DNA of 64,000 nucleotides from Styela clava (taxonomy: Eukaryota). Of this stretch, positions 24,341 through 37,918 are shown in pieces (the first letter of the stretch is position 1; each line of letters begins with the position of its first letter). Position numbers and translations under genes: made by a program. The stretch covers positions 10,044,001 through 10,108,000 of the forward strand of contig NC_135251.1 in assembly GCF_964204865.1 (NCBI RefSeq). The letters are read 5' to 3'. The notes below the pieces were generated by a model, which had not been told where the DNA came from, ran no database searches, and saw only the letters and a program-made list of their open reading frames with translations.

Positions 24341-26675
24341 ATGCTGAGATATTTATTTGTTATGATATTATGTCAAACTTGTTCTTGTACAAATGGAAGA
24401 GAGTTATTGATTGAAGGTGAGTGCAAATCAATATTTTCAATTTCAATCAACTACAAAGAATGGGGCATTTTTTTAATTATTTCGTCTATGTTGAATACTA
24501 CTCCGCAAAAAAATAAATTCGATCCTTCCTAGTATAAACAATATGATATAACGGAACAATCATAAAACGAGAATATCGGTCAGAGACCGAAGACTTATCG
24601 ATCGAAAGTTAGGGGATCCCCCCAAAACAGCGCTTTTACTCCATAGTGATACCTTGTGTCCAATCACTAATTAATTACTAACTCGCTAATTATACGACAT
24701 AACACATCCAAAATCAATAGGCTTCTGGTACGACATATGATGAATGCACATGCAAAATCTGGAGCAGATTCAATCTCGTTTTCGTGAGATATCGCGTGCA
24801 TCTAACAGACAGACAGACAAAAAGACAGACAAACACCTATCAACATACTTACCGATTAAAATCGATACGTAATACCGTTGGAGTTAGAAAATTTAATCTG
24901 TATTGCTAAACTACACAATATATCATGTGAAAAAAATTAATCAAAATCAATCAATTAATCAGATTCTGTGCGTTATGACTCTAGCTGCTAGACGGTAAAA
25001 GTAATAAGTAATAAATAGTAATAGGTAAGTAATTTTCATAAATGTAACTCATTTGTGTTATGGGTCGCGACCGTAAAAAGTCATGATCAATCATTTTTCA
25101 AAGTATCTATAGAATATGAAGAATAAAAGGGATATTTAATAAAATTTATATACACTTTATAATAGTACTATTATTGTGGTAGAACTGTATTCATTTTCAA
25201 TTCTGACATTCCTCTACGCGTCAACGACAGGATGTAGAATTGCTGCTATTAAGAAGCTAACTAGCTATACTTTGCCTGCTTGATATCACAATATGCTTAA
25301 ATATTGTTTTATTGGGATAGTCTGTCTAGTTCGCTTTTGTGGAAGTGTAAAAGAGGTTGTAAGTTGATCAATATCATTTGAAGGAATGTTGTAAATTGAT
25401 TTTTTTCAATATTATTTTAATTGAGTTTTTTATTCTAACATTCAAAATAATTTGTTTATAAATAGCTGAAACAAATAGGAATATAACGAATAAAATAGGA
25501 AGTGAAAATGATTTATTTATAAAAAAAAAATCTTGTCTGACCAAACTACTGTCGTAGTACGCAATTGTGTCTACAAAATCTAATTTGTATTTTAACTTAA
25601 ATATTCAAATTTTGTATATATTAGAATTAGCATTTGTTCCTATTTATTTTTCAATGACTTTTTTGAATTCATAATATTTTCAGCAATGAAAGAGGATGGA
25701 ACTATTGATTTCAATACAATAAGTACTTGGTATAAATCTTATGAAAGTTTTTCTGGTGAGTAAAATCTAATTTATAGGTATGGAATGTGTTTTCAAGGCA
25801 TAAATCGAATCAATTGGTAAAAGTCTTTTGTTAGTTTAACGTTCACAATTCATAATTTTTCAGGGCCGACTGATGGTACAACAGCTCCTGCAATGATTGG
25901 CTCATACGTAATCAACCTGGGATTTGTAAGCGGTAAGCAAAATTTTTAACTTATAAACCTACAGACTTTTCTATAGTAAACAAACCTCATGAAAAAGGTT
26001 TTGTTTTATATATATTGTTGTCGTAAATAATGCTCTCACTATGGGTTTATGATTTAGTAAAGACGAATGGCGAAAGTTAAATTTTTATTCGCCGTATTGG
26101 ATATGTGTCAAAAAATACAACGTTTCAACTTGGTGCATGGGACATAAACAATGTCGCTTGAAGAATTTTCAGTAATTAATGTTCAATTTCATTTTCAGGT
26201 GCATCTCTAACATTCTGCGATGGATTAAATAACCAAATTTTGGGTAAAGCATAACTATATATACATATATAAGGGGTGACAGGGTCTTAATTGTTTCTCC
26301 ATGTTTCAGCAGAGCATAACTTGTGGCCGTTACGTTTTTTAAATTAGAGAGACTGAGTAAAATATTTGTCTACCTTTGTTACAGAAATTCTTCCTGTTTC
26401 CTTTTTAATTTTCTTATTTTACAGTTCGTTATAAAATGCCAAAATGGTTCAATTCGCTTCTAAAAACTGCACTATAAGAAAGTGACCATCAATATGAATA
26501 AGATCACGAGAACGATTGAAACTATATTTAACTGTCATACCAAAAATGAAAAAAAAAAGATAATGAAAGCACGTTTGTGACTAAAAGCCATAAAATAACT
26601 TTTTCAGTTGCACAAGCCAATCGTGAAGCTGAAGTCGAAGCAATGCAACAGCAACTTGACGCAATCATGTTTTGA
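24341..26675 (+). CDS. Family paralogue B: intact 109-aa secreted protein
   Basis: Exons 24341-24416, 25684-25755, 25864-25932, 26199-26243, 26608-26675; all phase 1. MLRYLFVMILCQTCSCTNGRELLIE-AMKEDGTIDFNTISTWYKSYESFS-GPTDGTTAPAMIGSYVINLGFVS-GASLTFCDGLNNQIL-VAQANREAEVEAMQQQLDAIMF*. Which first exon is used (24341 or 25293) is inferred from phase. Confidence 0.8.
24566..24874 (-). mobile_element. HINE / DINE-1-like non-autonomous Helentron, full length
   Basis: Reverse complement of 31920-32228. Has subTIRs, a (CAGA)n microsatellite and a terminal hairpin TCGGTC-AGA-GACCGA. Confidence 0.85.
25215..25364 (+). pseudogene. Duplicated 5' region and first exon (B') inside intron 1 of B; out of phase
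   Basis: GCGTCA...ATCACAAT-ATG (25293) MLKYCFIGIVCLVRFCGSVKEV|GTAAGT. It has 22 codons and a phase-0 donor, versus 25 codons +1 nt in A-D, so it is frameshifted relative to exon 2. Confidence 0.7.
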
Positions 26676-28050
26676 ATGGAATTATATTTATATTCCAAGA
26701 TTATGATGTAACTTCCAATATTACTGTAAATAAACACAATGTACCTAATTTCACTTTGATGCGTAATATATAAATGAGAAAAAAACACACTAGACTTGAA
26801 GCTTTATATATATGTGAAACTTGAAAATATATATTCAACGTATGAAAATTTCTTTTAACCTAGAATGAATTCATCTTTACAAGAACTTCAAAAACTTCAG
26901 ATCACAAACGTCCTTTTGTTTTATTATACATTATATATTTTGATTTATTGAAGTTAGTCAGTGAAAAAACACTTATATATATTTCACCTCATAAAATTGC
27001 ACAAGCCCTAAAACACTACACTACATAAACGTTGAAATGTGGGGTATCAAACTCAAGAAAATTGGACAAAATATGAAAAAAAGTATATGTAACAATACAA
27101 GGCCGAGCTTGAGATAGTCACTTATCTGCCGAAATGTATTTCATTGTTATCGTGACGTAAGATAATATATTTTACTTATTTAATCGAACATGGTCTGTAA
27201 GTGAAAGGTTAAATATTCAATGTTTACGCGTTCATGGGGCACGTATTTTATTTTGAGGCCAAGTTATACACTTATTGAAATTTTTCAATTTATTTTTTTC
27301 AGCGACCCAAAAAATGTAAAAAGCTAGTAGTTTGTTGCAAAATGTGAGATGAGGATATTTCTTTTCAAGATACGTATTTTTTCTGGATAGCTGTGTTGAA
27401 ACTAGGCTAACGACGATGTAAGACAAAAAGATGTCCTGGCAAGCCCAGTTTTAGAAATAACACTATCGTTCGACATATTTCAACAAATACAATAAATCAT
27501 TTTTTAGTCTTTGCTAACGATCTTCGATACATGTTTCTTAAAGAGCATTCAAAATAAACTCCTGATGCTTTTCATGAAATTTTTCGATTTTTGTTTAACA
27601 ATATAGGCTGGCGCTCTCCGATTGTTTTATGCTACTCAGCTGAACGTAATTACTATTCACAATTACCATTTTTGATATTTTGTAATCTGAATCAGACTGC
27701 TGGTCCAAAACATTTATTCTGAACATAAAATATTATACCAAGAATAAAAGCGTAAATACGTGTATTGTTTGTTTTGAGGATGGAGTTTTGGATTGATTTT
27801 GGAATCACACAACAGAAACAAATTGTTATATTATTTTTTGAAATTTAGCGTGTTTTCGAATGGCACAAATTTTGGTAAGAGAATTTTTAATATTAATTCA
27901 AACTGATATAGTATCATCAAAACATGAGTGGTGAGTAAATTTGGCAATAATCGGAAATGCGTTAGTCGACGGATTTCCTTAGTGCGCAATATAGGTCGAT
28001 TAACATTCAATATTTATTAAGCGATGGTTGGTCTGGCGTAATTACACGAT

Positions 28051-30098
28051 ATGTAGATATTTTTATGGCTATTGTGTATTTGTCAAGGTGACATTTGTGC
28101 TAAAGTAGGATCATTATCTCTGGAAAGTGAGTGATGTTTGTTAATTACAGTAGATAAAACAAAACCAATGCTAATTTTTATTTAATATATCAATACTTCA
28201 TGTAAAAGAAACTTTAGTAAGCCGCAGTCGCGTCCGGATCATTTCTGAATTTTCTAGTTCAATATTTTGAAATCGATCAAATTCAGAGATACTTTATGAA
28301 ATTTGTTTCTACTAGCTTATAACCACTCAGTTTTAAATCTCAGTTTTTGCACAGCATTTTCCGAATTTCCGGTAAATCCAGTATTTTTTGGCGATAGTAT
28401 TTGTTTTTCAATAATTAATTTATGATACATATATATTTATTTAATTATATTTGTAGTTACGGATTTGGACGCCCCCCTTTTGCTCGAAAATAATGGAGTT
28501 GGTAAGATTCTAGTTTATATAGAAGCAAATTGCAAATAAGACTAATTGTATTCAGGCGATTACTAACACAATACCGATGCTTCACTAGCTATACATGACA
28601 CTTTTTTTATAGTTATATAATAGTAGAACTATATATATTGATATTATTAAAGAATATTATATTTCGCATAAAATTGAGCATGCTTTCCGCTTGCGATGGC
28701 AAATTAAGTCTTAAGTTTCACAACCGAAACATCCGTCATTTTGTACGCATAAGAAATCAAGTTTCAATTGGTATTGAACAACTTATGAGCCACTTTGCCA
28801 AGTTCGTGTTGTGTTGCTGTTGATTTGAATTTTCTCTGTGAAACGAGGTGTGGTCATGGAGATGAACCTCAATAATCCGCCCATAATTTATAGCTATTCC
28901 GTCACCACCTGATTTTATTTCAAATCACTGTGAAAACATTCGACTGGCGTGACTTGTAGTTTTAATATTTCACACTTAGTCAGGTTTATTGATGAAATAA
29001 TGGATCATTACTTTTATATTGCACTATTTTATTTAAAACTTTTATCTCAGTTTTTCAAATAAGATAGATATTTACCGTTTTTCGTAACAAATCATAATAT
29101 TTAAATTTGTATTACTGAAAACTGGACTTGATTAAATCGTACGCTATCTCGTATTCAAAAATTTTCACATGTTTAGTTTGTTATTTAACCGCAAAGTATG
29201 AAAGTGCCGATTATCATTTTGTATTTTATTTTTTTAGTCCACGTCATAGATTTTTTAACATCTTCTGGTACAACGACTGGTTTATATGCATTCAATAAAG
29301 AAGTTTATGGTAAGAAATGTAATATAGGTATTTGCATAATATTTATATATTTGCTTATATTGTATCATAGACATATGCCCAATGTTACAACTACTGACAT
29401 TTTCAATATTTATTAGGGCTGCAACAGATATAAAATAACATTACTTTTGTTCGATCTGCTAGACTCAACAGAATTTGAACAATAAAATGTTGAGCAGAAT
29501 CCAAATTGAATAAATATAATATACGCGTATATTTTACGTTGGTTTTATCTATTTCAATGTTGGAACTGTAAATGTAATCCCAAATTTTAGTTAGCCAAGC
29601 CAAATCAAAACGCTTCAGGTGTTCAATGTAGATTGCGATTTTTTGCTGTGCATCAAAATATGCATGATTTAACCTTTTTTTTTATGAAATGCGTTACGAA
29701 GGATTATTAAAAATTCACTTTATGTTTAGACGCGGTAATGACATTTCATCAAAGTTTCGAAACGGTAAGCCAATGTAAGTCAAAAACAGTGAGAAAGACA
29801 ATACTTCAATTCTGGCCATCTATGCATAGGATCATAAGAGTAAATAAAACTGCATTTAGGGTTCTAAAATATATTTATATTACCATCGATCAACGTTCTA
29901 ACGAAATGTATTTTTTTAAGTTTTCTCAAAAATTTTATTCCCTGAAAATATCTGAAAATCATTTCGAATTGAAACTGGCTAATTTTATTCTTAGTAATTC
30001 GAATCAACCGCGGTATGCACTCCGATATCGTGAAGGCAAGAAGAAGCCCTAATGACGGACACACTAAACTTGGCATCAGCACGTTCGCTTATAAATAA
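28051..30098 (+). pseudogene. Family paralogue C: complete five-exon structure but TAG at codon 2
   Basis: Exons 28051-28126 (M*IFLWLLCICQGDICAKVGSLSLE), 28457-28501 (ITDLDAPLLLENNGV), 29238-29309 (VHVIDFLTSSGTTTGLYAFNKEVY), 29730-29774 (DAVMTFHQSFETVSQ), 29995-30098 (LIRINRGMHSDIVKARRSPNDGHTKLGISTFAYK*). All phase 1 and otherwise open. Confidence 0.8.
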
Positions 30099-31680
30099 TA
30101 TTATTATTTGTTATCATTGTACCATGTTGGATCAATTCATAAAATATTATTTCAATAAAATTTAGTGTTGACATTTTATTATCAAATGCTTCAGTAGCAT
30201 TAAAGAAGCAATTATTTTTCGTACATTCTGAATATTCTATTCTATTGTCTTTTTAATTTATATTCTGAAATTACTACTAATAAAAATTTATTGGCTTTAA
30301 ATAGTGTACAAAACAGTAATTAAATACTGTATATTCACGGTCAGAAAAGTTTTAAAAATAGGCCGGCTCAATAGTGAGTATAAATATACGAACACGCCAT
30401 TTCCCAGGTTTCAAGACGTCAAAGTGATCTATATAGCGCGTTCACTCTGTCTTGACAAAACAAAAAATTTGGAAATACAAAACAAGCCTATTGCTGTATT
30501 AATATAAAATACATATAAAGTTTAAAAAAAATGTCATAGTCAGGGATAATTCAATGAAAATATATATCACCTAATTAGACCATCCAACTCACTGAAAATA
30601 AATCATAGTTCTATTCAGACATTTTCATCTATTTGCCTAACCAATAGGATCGGCCTGGTCATGAATGGCTAATCTGTGTCATAATTTGGAATTATGGCTG
30701 AATTAAATGTATTTTAGGGAGTCAATAGTATTCCATAGTGGTCTGCATGTGAACAAAACCAATTTCAAAACTCAATATGTTTGAGTTTAAATTATCCATG
30801 CTTGATCCGAGTGTTCTTAATTACGGTGACGTCATCATATTTTTTTATGTATAATTTTTGTTTTGCAACAAGGTCAATTTTATTTGTATGAGTATTTCAA
30901 AGCTTAAAAATAGATAAATCTGTTGTTAGTTGAAAACGAAGTATTTTGAACGCGCGAGCAACGTTCTCCGGCTCATAATAAACAAACAAAGATACCAGAC
31001 AGCACGCGATCAAATGCTCTTCGATAAAACGAATACCACCTCACTTACAAATCCCACTCTTGTTTTATTTTGAATGTGACGTAAAGCTCTTTCTCTCGCA
31101 TATCAATCACGTGTCGACCACAGCGTTAAAAGTGAGAAACTTTTTCTCGAAATTTTTTGAAATTTCTCTCTTCTTACCAGCGTACGACCGTACACATTTG
31201 CGTACGTAATTTGGGCGCGTTATAGTGGAAAGCGACGAAAATAAGCTTTTTAAGGACACATTAATGATGTTTTTGGCATTTTTGGTTGGTGAAATATTAA
31301 AAAAAATATAGAGGGGTTTCAAAATGACCCAGGAACACCGGGGGTTATTAGGCTAAATATGTGTTCTTTGATCTAGATTTTCGACTGCTACAATAATAAA
31401 GATAGAAATGGACCATAAATATGTCAGTCTCATTGCTCTATCTGTTTTTGTGTTTAGAGATAACAAGTATGATCAGCATATGCATTGTCGTTGATGAACT
31501 ATCCAACTTACGAACACATTCCGTTCACAAAAGTACGTGAATTTGAAACGAAATTTCTATGACGATTAGTCATGTTGTTTGCCTATTGTTGAATGCATTT
31601 TAGATTCAAATGTAAAATTGTTGACTTACCTGATGGGCAAACATATCACAAAAATCTAACGTGAAATGGTATACTTATCA

Positions 31681-32474
31681 CTATGTCGGTAGAGTAGTGA
31701 CGTAATGATGACGTAATGACAAAATGATCAAATGTAATAAAATTTTTAATGGAGCAACTATCCGTTCTCGAAGTGGTAGAGATGGACTTGCTTATAAAAG
31801 TAAAGGAATTTGAAATGAATCTTTTTAAGAAATTAAGCTTAGTGGTGAATATATTTCTGATTCAAACGTTAATTGTTAATAATAACATATTGAACGAAGT
31901 CCGCAAAGTGGACCTATGTTATTACTTATCAATTTTAATCGGTAAGTATGTTGATGGGTATTTGTCTGTCTATCTGTGTGTAGGTCTGTTAGATGCACGC
32001 GATATCTCACTAAAGCGAGATTGAATCTGCTCCTGATTTTGCATGTGCATTCATCATATCTCGGACCAGAAGCCTATTGATTTTGGGCGATCTATGTCGT
32101 CTAATTAGTGAGTTATTAATTAGTTATAGTGATGGGACGCAAGGTGTCACTATGAAGAAAGAGCGCTGTTATGGGGATCTCTTAACTTTCGATCGATAAG
32201 TCTTCGGTCTCTGACCGATATTCTCGTTATCATGGTGTCGTTGTTCGTGTTAGAAATTTTCTTCGCCAAGGGGCTATTACTTTTTTTCAACGTGAGTTAC
32301 ATGCTGCCATAAATATAGGCAATCGAAATGACTTTCGATAGAAGGAACAATGGTTATAGTAGAATTTGAAAGATTTGTTGCATAATAATATAAATTTACC
32401 TTTATCTAGGAGACACTGTCTCAAAGTTTGATCGCAGTATTGGGAACCAAGACAGTCGCTGTTAACATCACACA
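31681..32474 (-). CDS. Partial gene: four-Cys module exon plus a putative hydrophobic terminal exon
   Basis: Exon 32474-32400 (75 nt, phase 1-1) encodes xCDVNSDCLGSQYCDQTLRQCLLDK, paralogous to 1550-1479. The candidate next exon 31790-31681 encodes ASPSLPLRERIVAPLKILLHLIILSLRHHYVTTLPT* and is less certain. No convincing first coding exon. Confidence 0.6.
31920..32228 (+). mobile_element. HINE / DINE-1-like non-autonomous Helentron, full length
   Basis: 5' subTIR ACTTATC(A/G)AT followed by its inverted copy ATCGGTAAGT; GTCT microsatellite; 3' subTIR ATCGATAAGT; hairpin TCGGTC-TCT-GACCGA; ends in TT; no TSD. This is the known DINE-1/HINE layout. Confidence 0.85.
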
Positions 32475-34058
32475 CTGTGTAAATGAAAAATTAAAAATGT
32501 AACTTAGACATTCACAACAGTCTGTTAGGATGAATATCGGTCATTCAGATAAGCTATATCTGATTGATATTGAACTAACGCGAAAAAGTCGTCATATGAA
32601 ACCTCCATCGTTCACTTATTGGTATAACAAACGTTTGCAACCCAAATATACCGCGATAGTGTTTAAATGTGGTAAAGTTTAAATTGACATCAATATTTAG
32701 CTGGGACAGTTGTAGTATTCCATTTGATGTCACTTTTACTGACGAAAAATCAAGTTCTTTTCATTCATTTGAGCTTGTTGTAGTGTGGAACTGTGTGTCT
32801 CTATTATCTTAATGGCAAACTCAACAAGGATTTTTAGACCCATCAGACATTTTACCACTCAAAATCTTCAATTACTGGCCACTTGAATTGAATATGCTTC
32901 AAAGCAAACTAAACCTATTTTCACAAAATCAAAATTTACAACGAATTAAGGTGATTTTCTCACTCTATCTGCCAAAGGCTAACAGGAAATCTAGGTATAA
33001 AACTGGGAATTTTATTTTTTTGGTACACAGTCCATGCACCGCAAATGTTCTTTAACCTATAGTACTCAAACTTGACATATTGTGGTGCGAAGTTTATAAA
33101 AAAAGGGGGTCCAGGGGAAGTAAGGTCTATGTACATAAGGACCGACTTTCGCTGCATTTATAACCGGTATCAGCTTATGATCAGCATATCTATAATAAAC
33201 AAGTGAACCTGAGATTTATATTCTTTTATTAAATACAGCAAATAAACTTCGTCTCCCACAGGGCTCCGAGATCTTTGAATTTTGTCAGGTTACCTTCAAT
33301 CATTTGCGACTATTTAGCTTAGTTAGTAACTTAAACGAGATGAACTCTATGAGAAATAGTCTTGCCCAATCACTATGACCTATGAAAATAAAACTGGCAT
33401 AAGGTTTTCCAGGTTTTTTCCTCGGATGGTAAGGTCCTTTTTGCATGAGTCGATTGAAGCTTCGCCTACGAATTCGAAATCTTGGCCTTCAAGAATAACC
33501 GTCACTCAAATAAAAAGAGTGTAGCGAGTGAAAAGCAATTTGTTTTCTGTTTTCATATATGGAAGGTTTTAAATGTTTTATTAAAAATCACTATCATTAT
33601 TACTTGTGTAACGAAGCACCACAATATTGGCGAAACACTGATAAAACTATGCATGGAAAAAGCAAGTCATAAGATGGGGAAAGCAGACAGTGACCTATAT
33701 TTTTTGGTTGTACCCTATAAGTTGTAATCTTGGCTTTATGTGACGATCATACCAAATTATATCAAGAATTTACAAAATATAATCTGGTTGCAATATGAAT
33801 GCTGAGCGCTAACTAGACTGTGACAGCTGATAACAAAAATGAAATCCAATACTCTCCATATTCTCATGCTTTTGGTACATATGCTTCTCAACGGTTCAAT
33901 TTGCACAAATAACTTTCCTGCCCTTCCATTTTGAAGCCTCTGATTTTTTTCTATTGAAAGATTTTTTCATACTTTTTCGCGAAACAAATAACTTTTATGT
34001 AATGTACAAATCAAAAGTACGTAAATATTACTCTTCTTCAGTCATGTTGGAAGTTACA

Positions 34059-34163
34059 TCATGATCGTAGAGGGAGCAAATAAAGTTTCAATGAGAGTAG
34101 GAGTGCGTGAAGTTGCTGTTGCATTGCCTCGATTTAAGTAAGCTTCACGATTGGCTTTTGCCA
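34059..34163 (-). pseudogene. Orphan exon 5 of a deleted family paralogue
   Basis: Minus strand TGGCAAAAGCCAATCGTGAAGCT..GAGGCAATGCAACAGCAACTTCACGCA..TCATGATGTAACTTCC. The acceptor is AC instead of AG, and there is a small frameshifting insertion. Confidence 0.75.
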
Positions 34164-34218
34164 GTAAATTTTTTCTTTATTATTTTCAGACAATTGCATA
34201 CGTACCTTTATTATCACC

Positions 34219-34333
34219 TATTACTTATCGATTTTAATCGGTTAAATATGTTGATAGGTATTTTTCTGTCTGTCTGTCTGTCTTCGAGTATGTCTGTTAG
34301 ATGCACGCGATATCTCACGAAAGCGAAATTGAA
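34219..34333 (+). mobile_element. 3'-truncated HINE copy
   Basis: TATTACTTATCGATTTTAATCGG..(GTCT)n..GTTAGATGCACGCGATATCTCACGAAAGCGA. It breaks off directly into the 3' UTR of paralogue D. Confidence 0.85.
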
Positions 34334-34342
34334 GTTACATCA

Positions 34343-35589
34343 TTATAGTGAAGAGATGAAGGCTTCTAATGAAAAACAAGGTGCGTTAAGTGCCTGTTGC
34401 ATTGCCTCGACTTTAGCTGCAAGATTGGCCTGTGCCACTGAAAAAAGTTGTTTTATTGTCTTAGGCGATTGCATACGTACATTTATTATAATTTATTTAC
34501 ATTCTTGATATGGCTATTATAAGGTAGTAATAGTTGGATTCGTGCTCTTTTTCAGTTTGTCATGAACTCTAACTAGATCGTTCAGTTTTTATCGTTATGC
34601 ATTATCTTTATTTTGGATATTTAGACCATCATAGAAGGTTGAAGCAGCACCTGAAAATAAATGATTTTCAATTTCAAAGTGGTAATAATATTAAATGTGA
34701 TTATATCTCAAAAATCTTCTATTCCCCAAATAATACTGTTTATATATTTTGCACCTACTAAATAATACAGAACAAAATTTTGTTATAATATTTAAAATAA
34801 CCAAACACGGATCATTGAATTATTATTTTTTATGAAGTCTGTTTGAGTAAGAAAAGTCTCAACATTTAAGATGTGGTTAGCACTGCCTCACCACCTGCAA
34901 ATCCTAAAGTGATTGTATTTGCAACAACAGTTGTCATATCTTCGGGTTCGAACACTGAAAATAAATATTGCAATTATAAAACTGGCATTAATATTGCAAA
35001 TTTATAATAATAATATTTGATCAATAAAATATGATAACTGACTTGGTCGACACAATATTCCACTATAGTCATAATACCTACACACAATATATATTATTAC
35101 TTGGAGTCTTGTAATATATACGTTTTATCGAAAAGTAAAAATATTCTGCGACGACCATGATTGACCTCAAAAAAACTGTAATTATTATTAAATGTATATT
35201 AGAATAGAAATTAATTTTTGCAATGAAAAATACAATTTAATAGTTTTAATTACATTTTACTGACTAGACATACTTCCATAAGATTCATACGAAGAAACAA
35301 CCAGATTGAAAGAAACAGTCCCGTCATCGTTCATTGCTAAAAATATATTATTCATAAAATTTCGATTCCGGAAATTCAAGATACAAAGAAGAAGCAAGCT
35401 GAGTTAACATTTAAAATTGTAACAAAATGGTTTCAATTTTTGAGTATTAGTATAAATATAGGTAAAATATTACAAAGAAACATCCCTCAAAATAACGTTT
35501 AATGTTTACTTACCTACAACCCATATTGCATTGTTATTTCTACAAGAGCAAGCTTTAGCTAATATCACAATAAACAAATATCTAAGCAT
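34343..35589 (-). pseudogene. Family paralogue D: open exons, but the intron-4 donor is mutated GT>AT
   Basis: Exons 35589-35514 (MLRYLFIVILAKACSCRNNNAIWVV), 35336-35274 (AMNDDGTVSFNLVVSSYESYG), 34954-34892 (MFEPEDMTTVVANTITLGFAG), 34650-34606 (GAASTFYDGLNIQNK), 34437-34343 (VAQANLAAKVEAMQQALNAPCFSLEAFISSL*). The donor reads AAAG|ATAATG, versus AAAG|GTATTG in A. Confidence 0.8.
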
Positions 35590-36444
35590 ATTGTGATAGC
35601 AAGCTAGCAAATTTTACTAGTTCGCTTTTGCATATCAGCTTTGCATCCAGTCTTTGACGCACAAAGGAAATTGTTCGTTATACGTTTTTCCGATTATAAG
35701 GGAATAGTTGAAAATTAGGCATAATTGTTTATTTTTGATTATAATATATGTATCGCAAGCGGCTGTAAAACATTCATTTCGGTGCCCGAATGTGACTGAA
35801 AATAAATTTTATTTTGTTTTATATTGTGCTAGGGTAAAATAGTCCATATAAGGGTTTTCATTAATACACATTCCGGTTGGCTGTGATAATGACTGTGGTC
35901 TGGAAATCAGAGTGTCTTGGATTCGAATTTCTGTTCTCATGTTTCATTTATTTTTGGCTGTGTGACATTAAATCGACAAAATTATGAAAATAAGTTTGAA
36001 TTAACAATAAATATGAAGACAACGCTATCTTCGACATATTCATTTAGTTTTTTTTTGACGACTTATACTACAGGATAGGACGTCATACTCAGCAATACTT
36101 TCCTGAGTCTATGGATATAAGATTATTAAAAAGCTCGAGGCAAACAATACTGTATCAAATGTGATGTTGACAAATGGAATATTATCGGATGATGCTTGGG
36201 GCGTGTCTTCGAATTCCGATGAGAAGATAAAGTGATTTTTATAAAAGTAATTGACGTCATAATTTACGCTTTTATGTCACCTTGACGTCGAGGGGAAACG
36301 GACATAGATCAGGGGAAGTTGATAAAACCAGCCGTTGCATTCAAAACAGTGCAAACAGTTGGCGGCCTAAAGATATAGCTGATATAATATAGAATTTAGT
36401 CCCAATCATATCAGTTTCCGCTTGTGTAAAACCGTGTTCTAGGC

Positions 36445-37918
36445 CAGTGATTCCCAAAGTGGGCGATATCGCCCCCCAGTGGGCGAAAACGATACAGAGG
36501 GGGGCGAAAAAGTCTAAGGGGGCGATAGGGGGGCCATTTCGCGAAACCTGTTCTATGTTCGGCGCACTTAATTCTGTACTCTGTGTGCATTGGCAGTCTT
36601 GAATCATGTGGGCGATATTCACACGCGAAAGAATTTCTGGTCTCGTCTTCGCAGTAAGGTAAGGTAGTTTGCGTATCCTAGTATTCGGCAAAATACGGCC
36701 GGAATAAAATAATCTGGCCCGAGCTATTCACTGAATGGACCTTTCCCCGACCTTTGACTGCGGAAAATTCTTCCCGTACTTCACTATTTCAAAATTTTTG
36801 TTGTTGCCTGTAAAATGGGGTATTTGTTTCAAACTATCATTCTAATACACACCATTTATTATTACCATTTTATTATTTATTACAAAAAAACAGCAAAGAA
36901 CTGGGTTTGGTGATGCCCATTTAGAAAATGTTTCAATCTTGGCGTCGTAAAGCTTTCCAGCGTGATGCAGCAACGAGACAGTGTCACATTAAATATCATT
37001 GTAATATTTTTTTAATAAGACAAAGAACAAGCAAAGAAGTGGGTTTGGTGATGCCCATTTAGAAAATGTTTCAATCTTGGCGTCGTAAAGCTATCCAGTG
37101 TGATGCAGCGACGAGCGGTGTCACATTAAATATCATTGTAATATTTTTTCAATAAGACGACTGAGTTGAGTTCACGAATTGTCGCAGTTTTCCCGCGCTG
37201 TTCCGTTTTTAACTTTCAAAAAATATATGCGACCCGCAAAAGACTAGCAACCCTGAATTTTGTCCTGCGAGCGACATAAAATTTGCAGACCCCTGGGCCG
37301 TAGTTGATAGTCAGTCACGGCTTCTTCCACATCCGAGTCAATGAATCCAAAAACAAATGGCTGGTTAATTATGGACTGATGATCGGACTGGAGGCCGTGA
37401 TAGGATGAGGAATCGGGGATGAATTTTTCCGAAATATTTTAGTGCAGGTCATCAGGCTGTACGAATGAATGAGATGTACGAAAATCATTATTATAAGTTT
37501 GGGAAAATTGACTTTGTTTTTATTATTTTAATGTGAAATGGGATGAATTTAGGAAGTGAAATGCCATAAGGCAAGAGTACACGACGGTTTTTGAGGAGGT
37601 AGAACCCTGGATTCTTTCATTTCCGACCTATTATATGGTGAAAAAGGGGTTTTCAGCCGTGCTACTATTGCTATTAAAACAACGAAATCACCTTTCCATC
37701 AGTAAACGGGGTAATTTTAGATATAATAAAAAACTCGCTGAAGAACACCAAGCTCATGTATCTCATTAATAAAAAACACTATAAACTATGATTTGTCTTC
37801 TTATTTGGTCTGTAATATATTCGTTTCTGACTTTATATTTTTTTGTAGTGCAGGGGGGCGATGAAGTTGCATAAACTACTTTAGGGGGGCGATGGTCAAA
37901 AAAGTTTGGGAACCACTG
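36445..37918. mobile_element. 1474-bp non-autonomous hAT (Charlie/Buster-type) element
   Basis: TIRs CAGTGATTCCCAAA / TTTGGGAACCACTG. Perfect 8-bp TSD TTCTAGGC. Subterminal GGGGCGA repeats and an internal ~140-bp tandem duplication (36890-37160). Confidence 0.92.

Noticed and set aside
32962-33056. Signal-peptide exon for the four-Cys gene at 32474
   Set aside because: The ATG frame stops after 7 codons, and the hydrophobic frame also ends in a stop before the donor.
35043-35077. Extra exon between exons 2 and 3 of D
   Set aside because: It is 35 nt and not frame-preserving; direct exon 2-3 splicing already keeps the frame.
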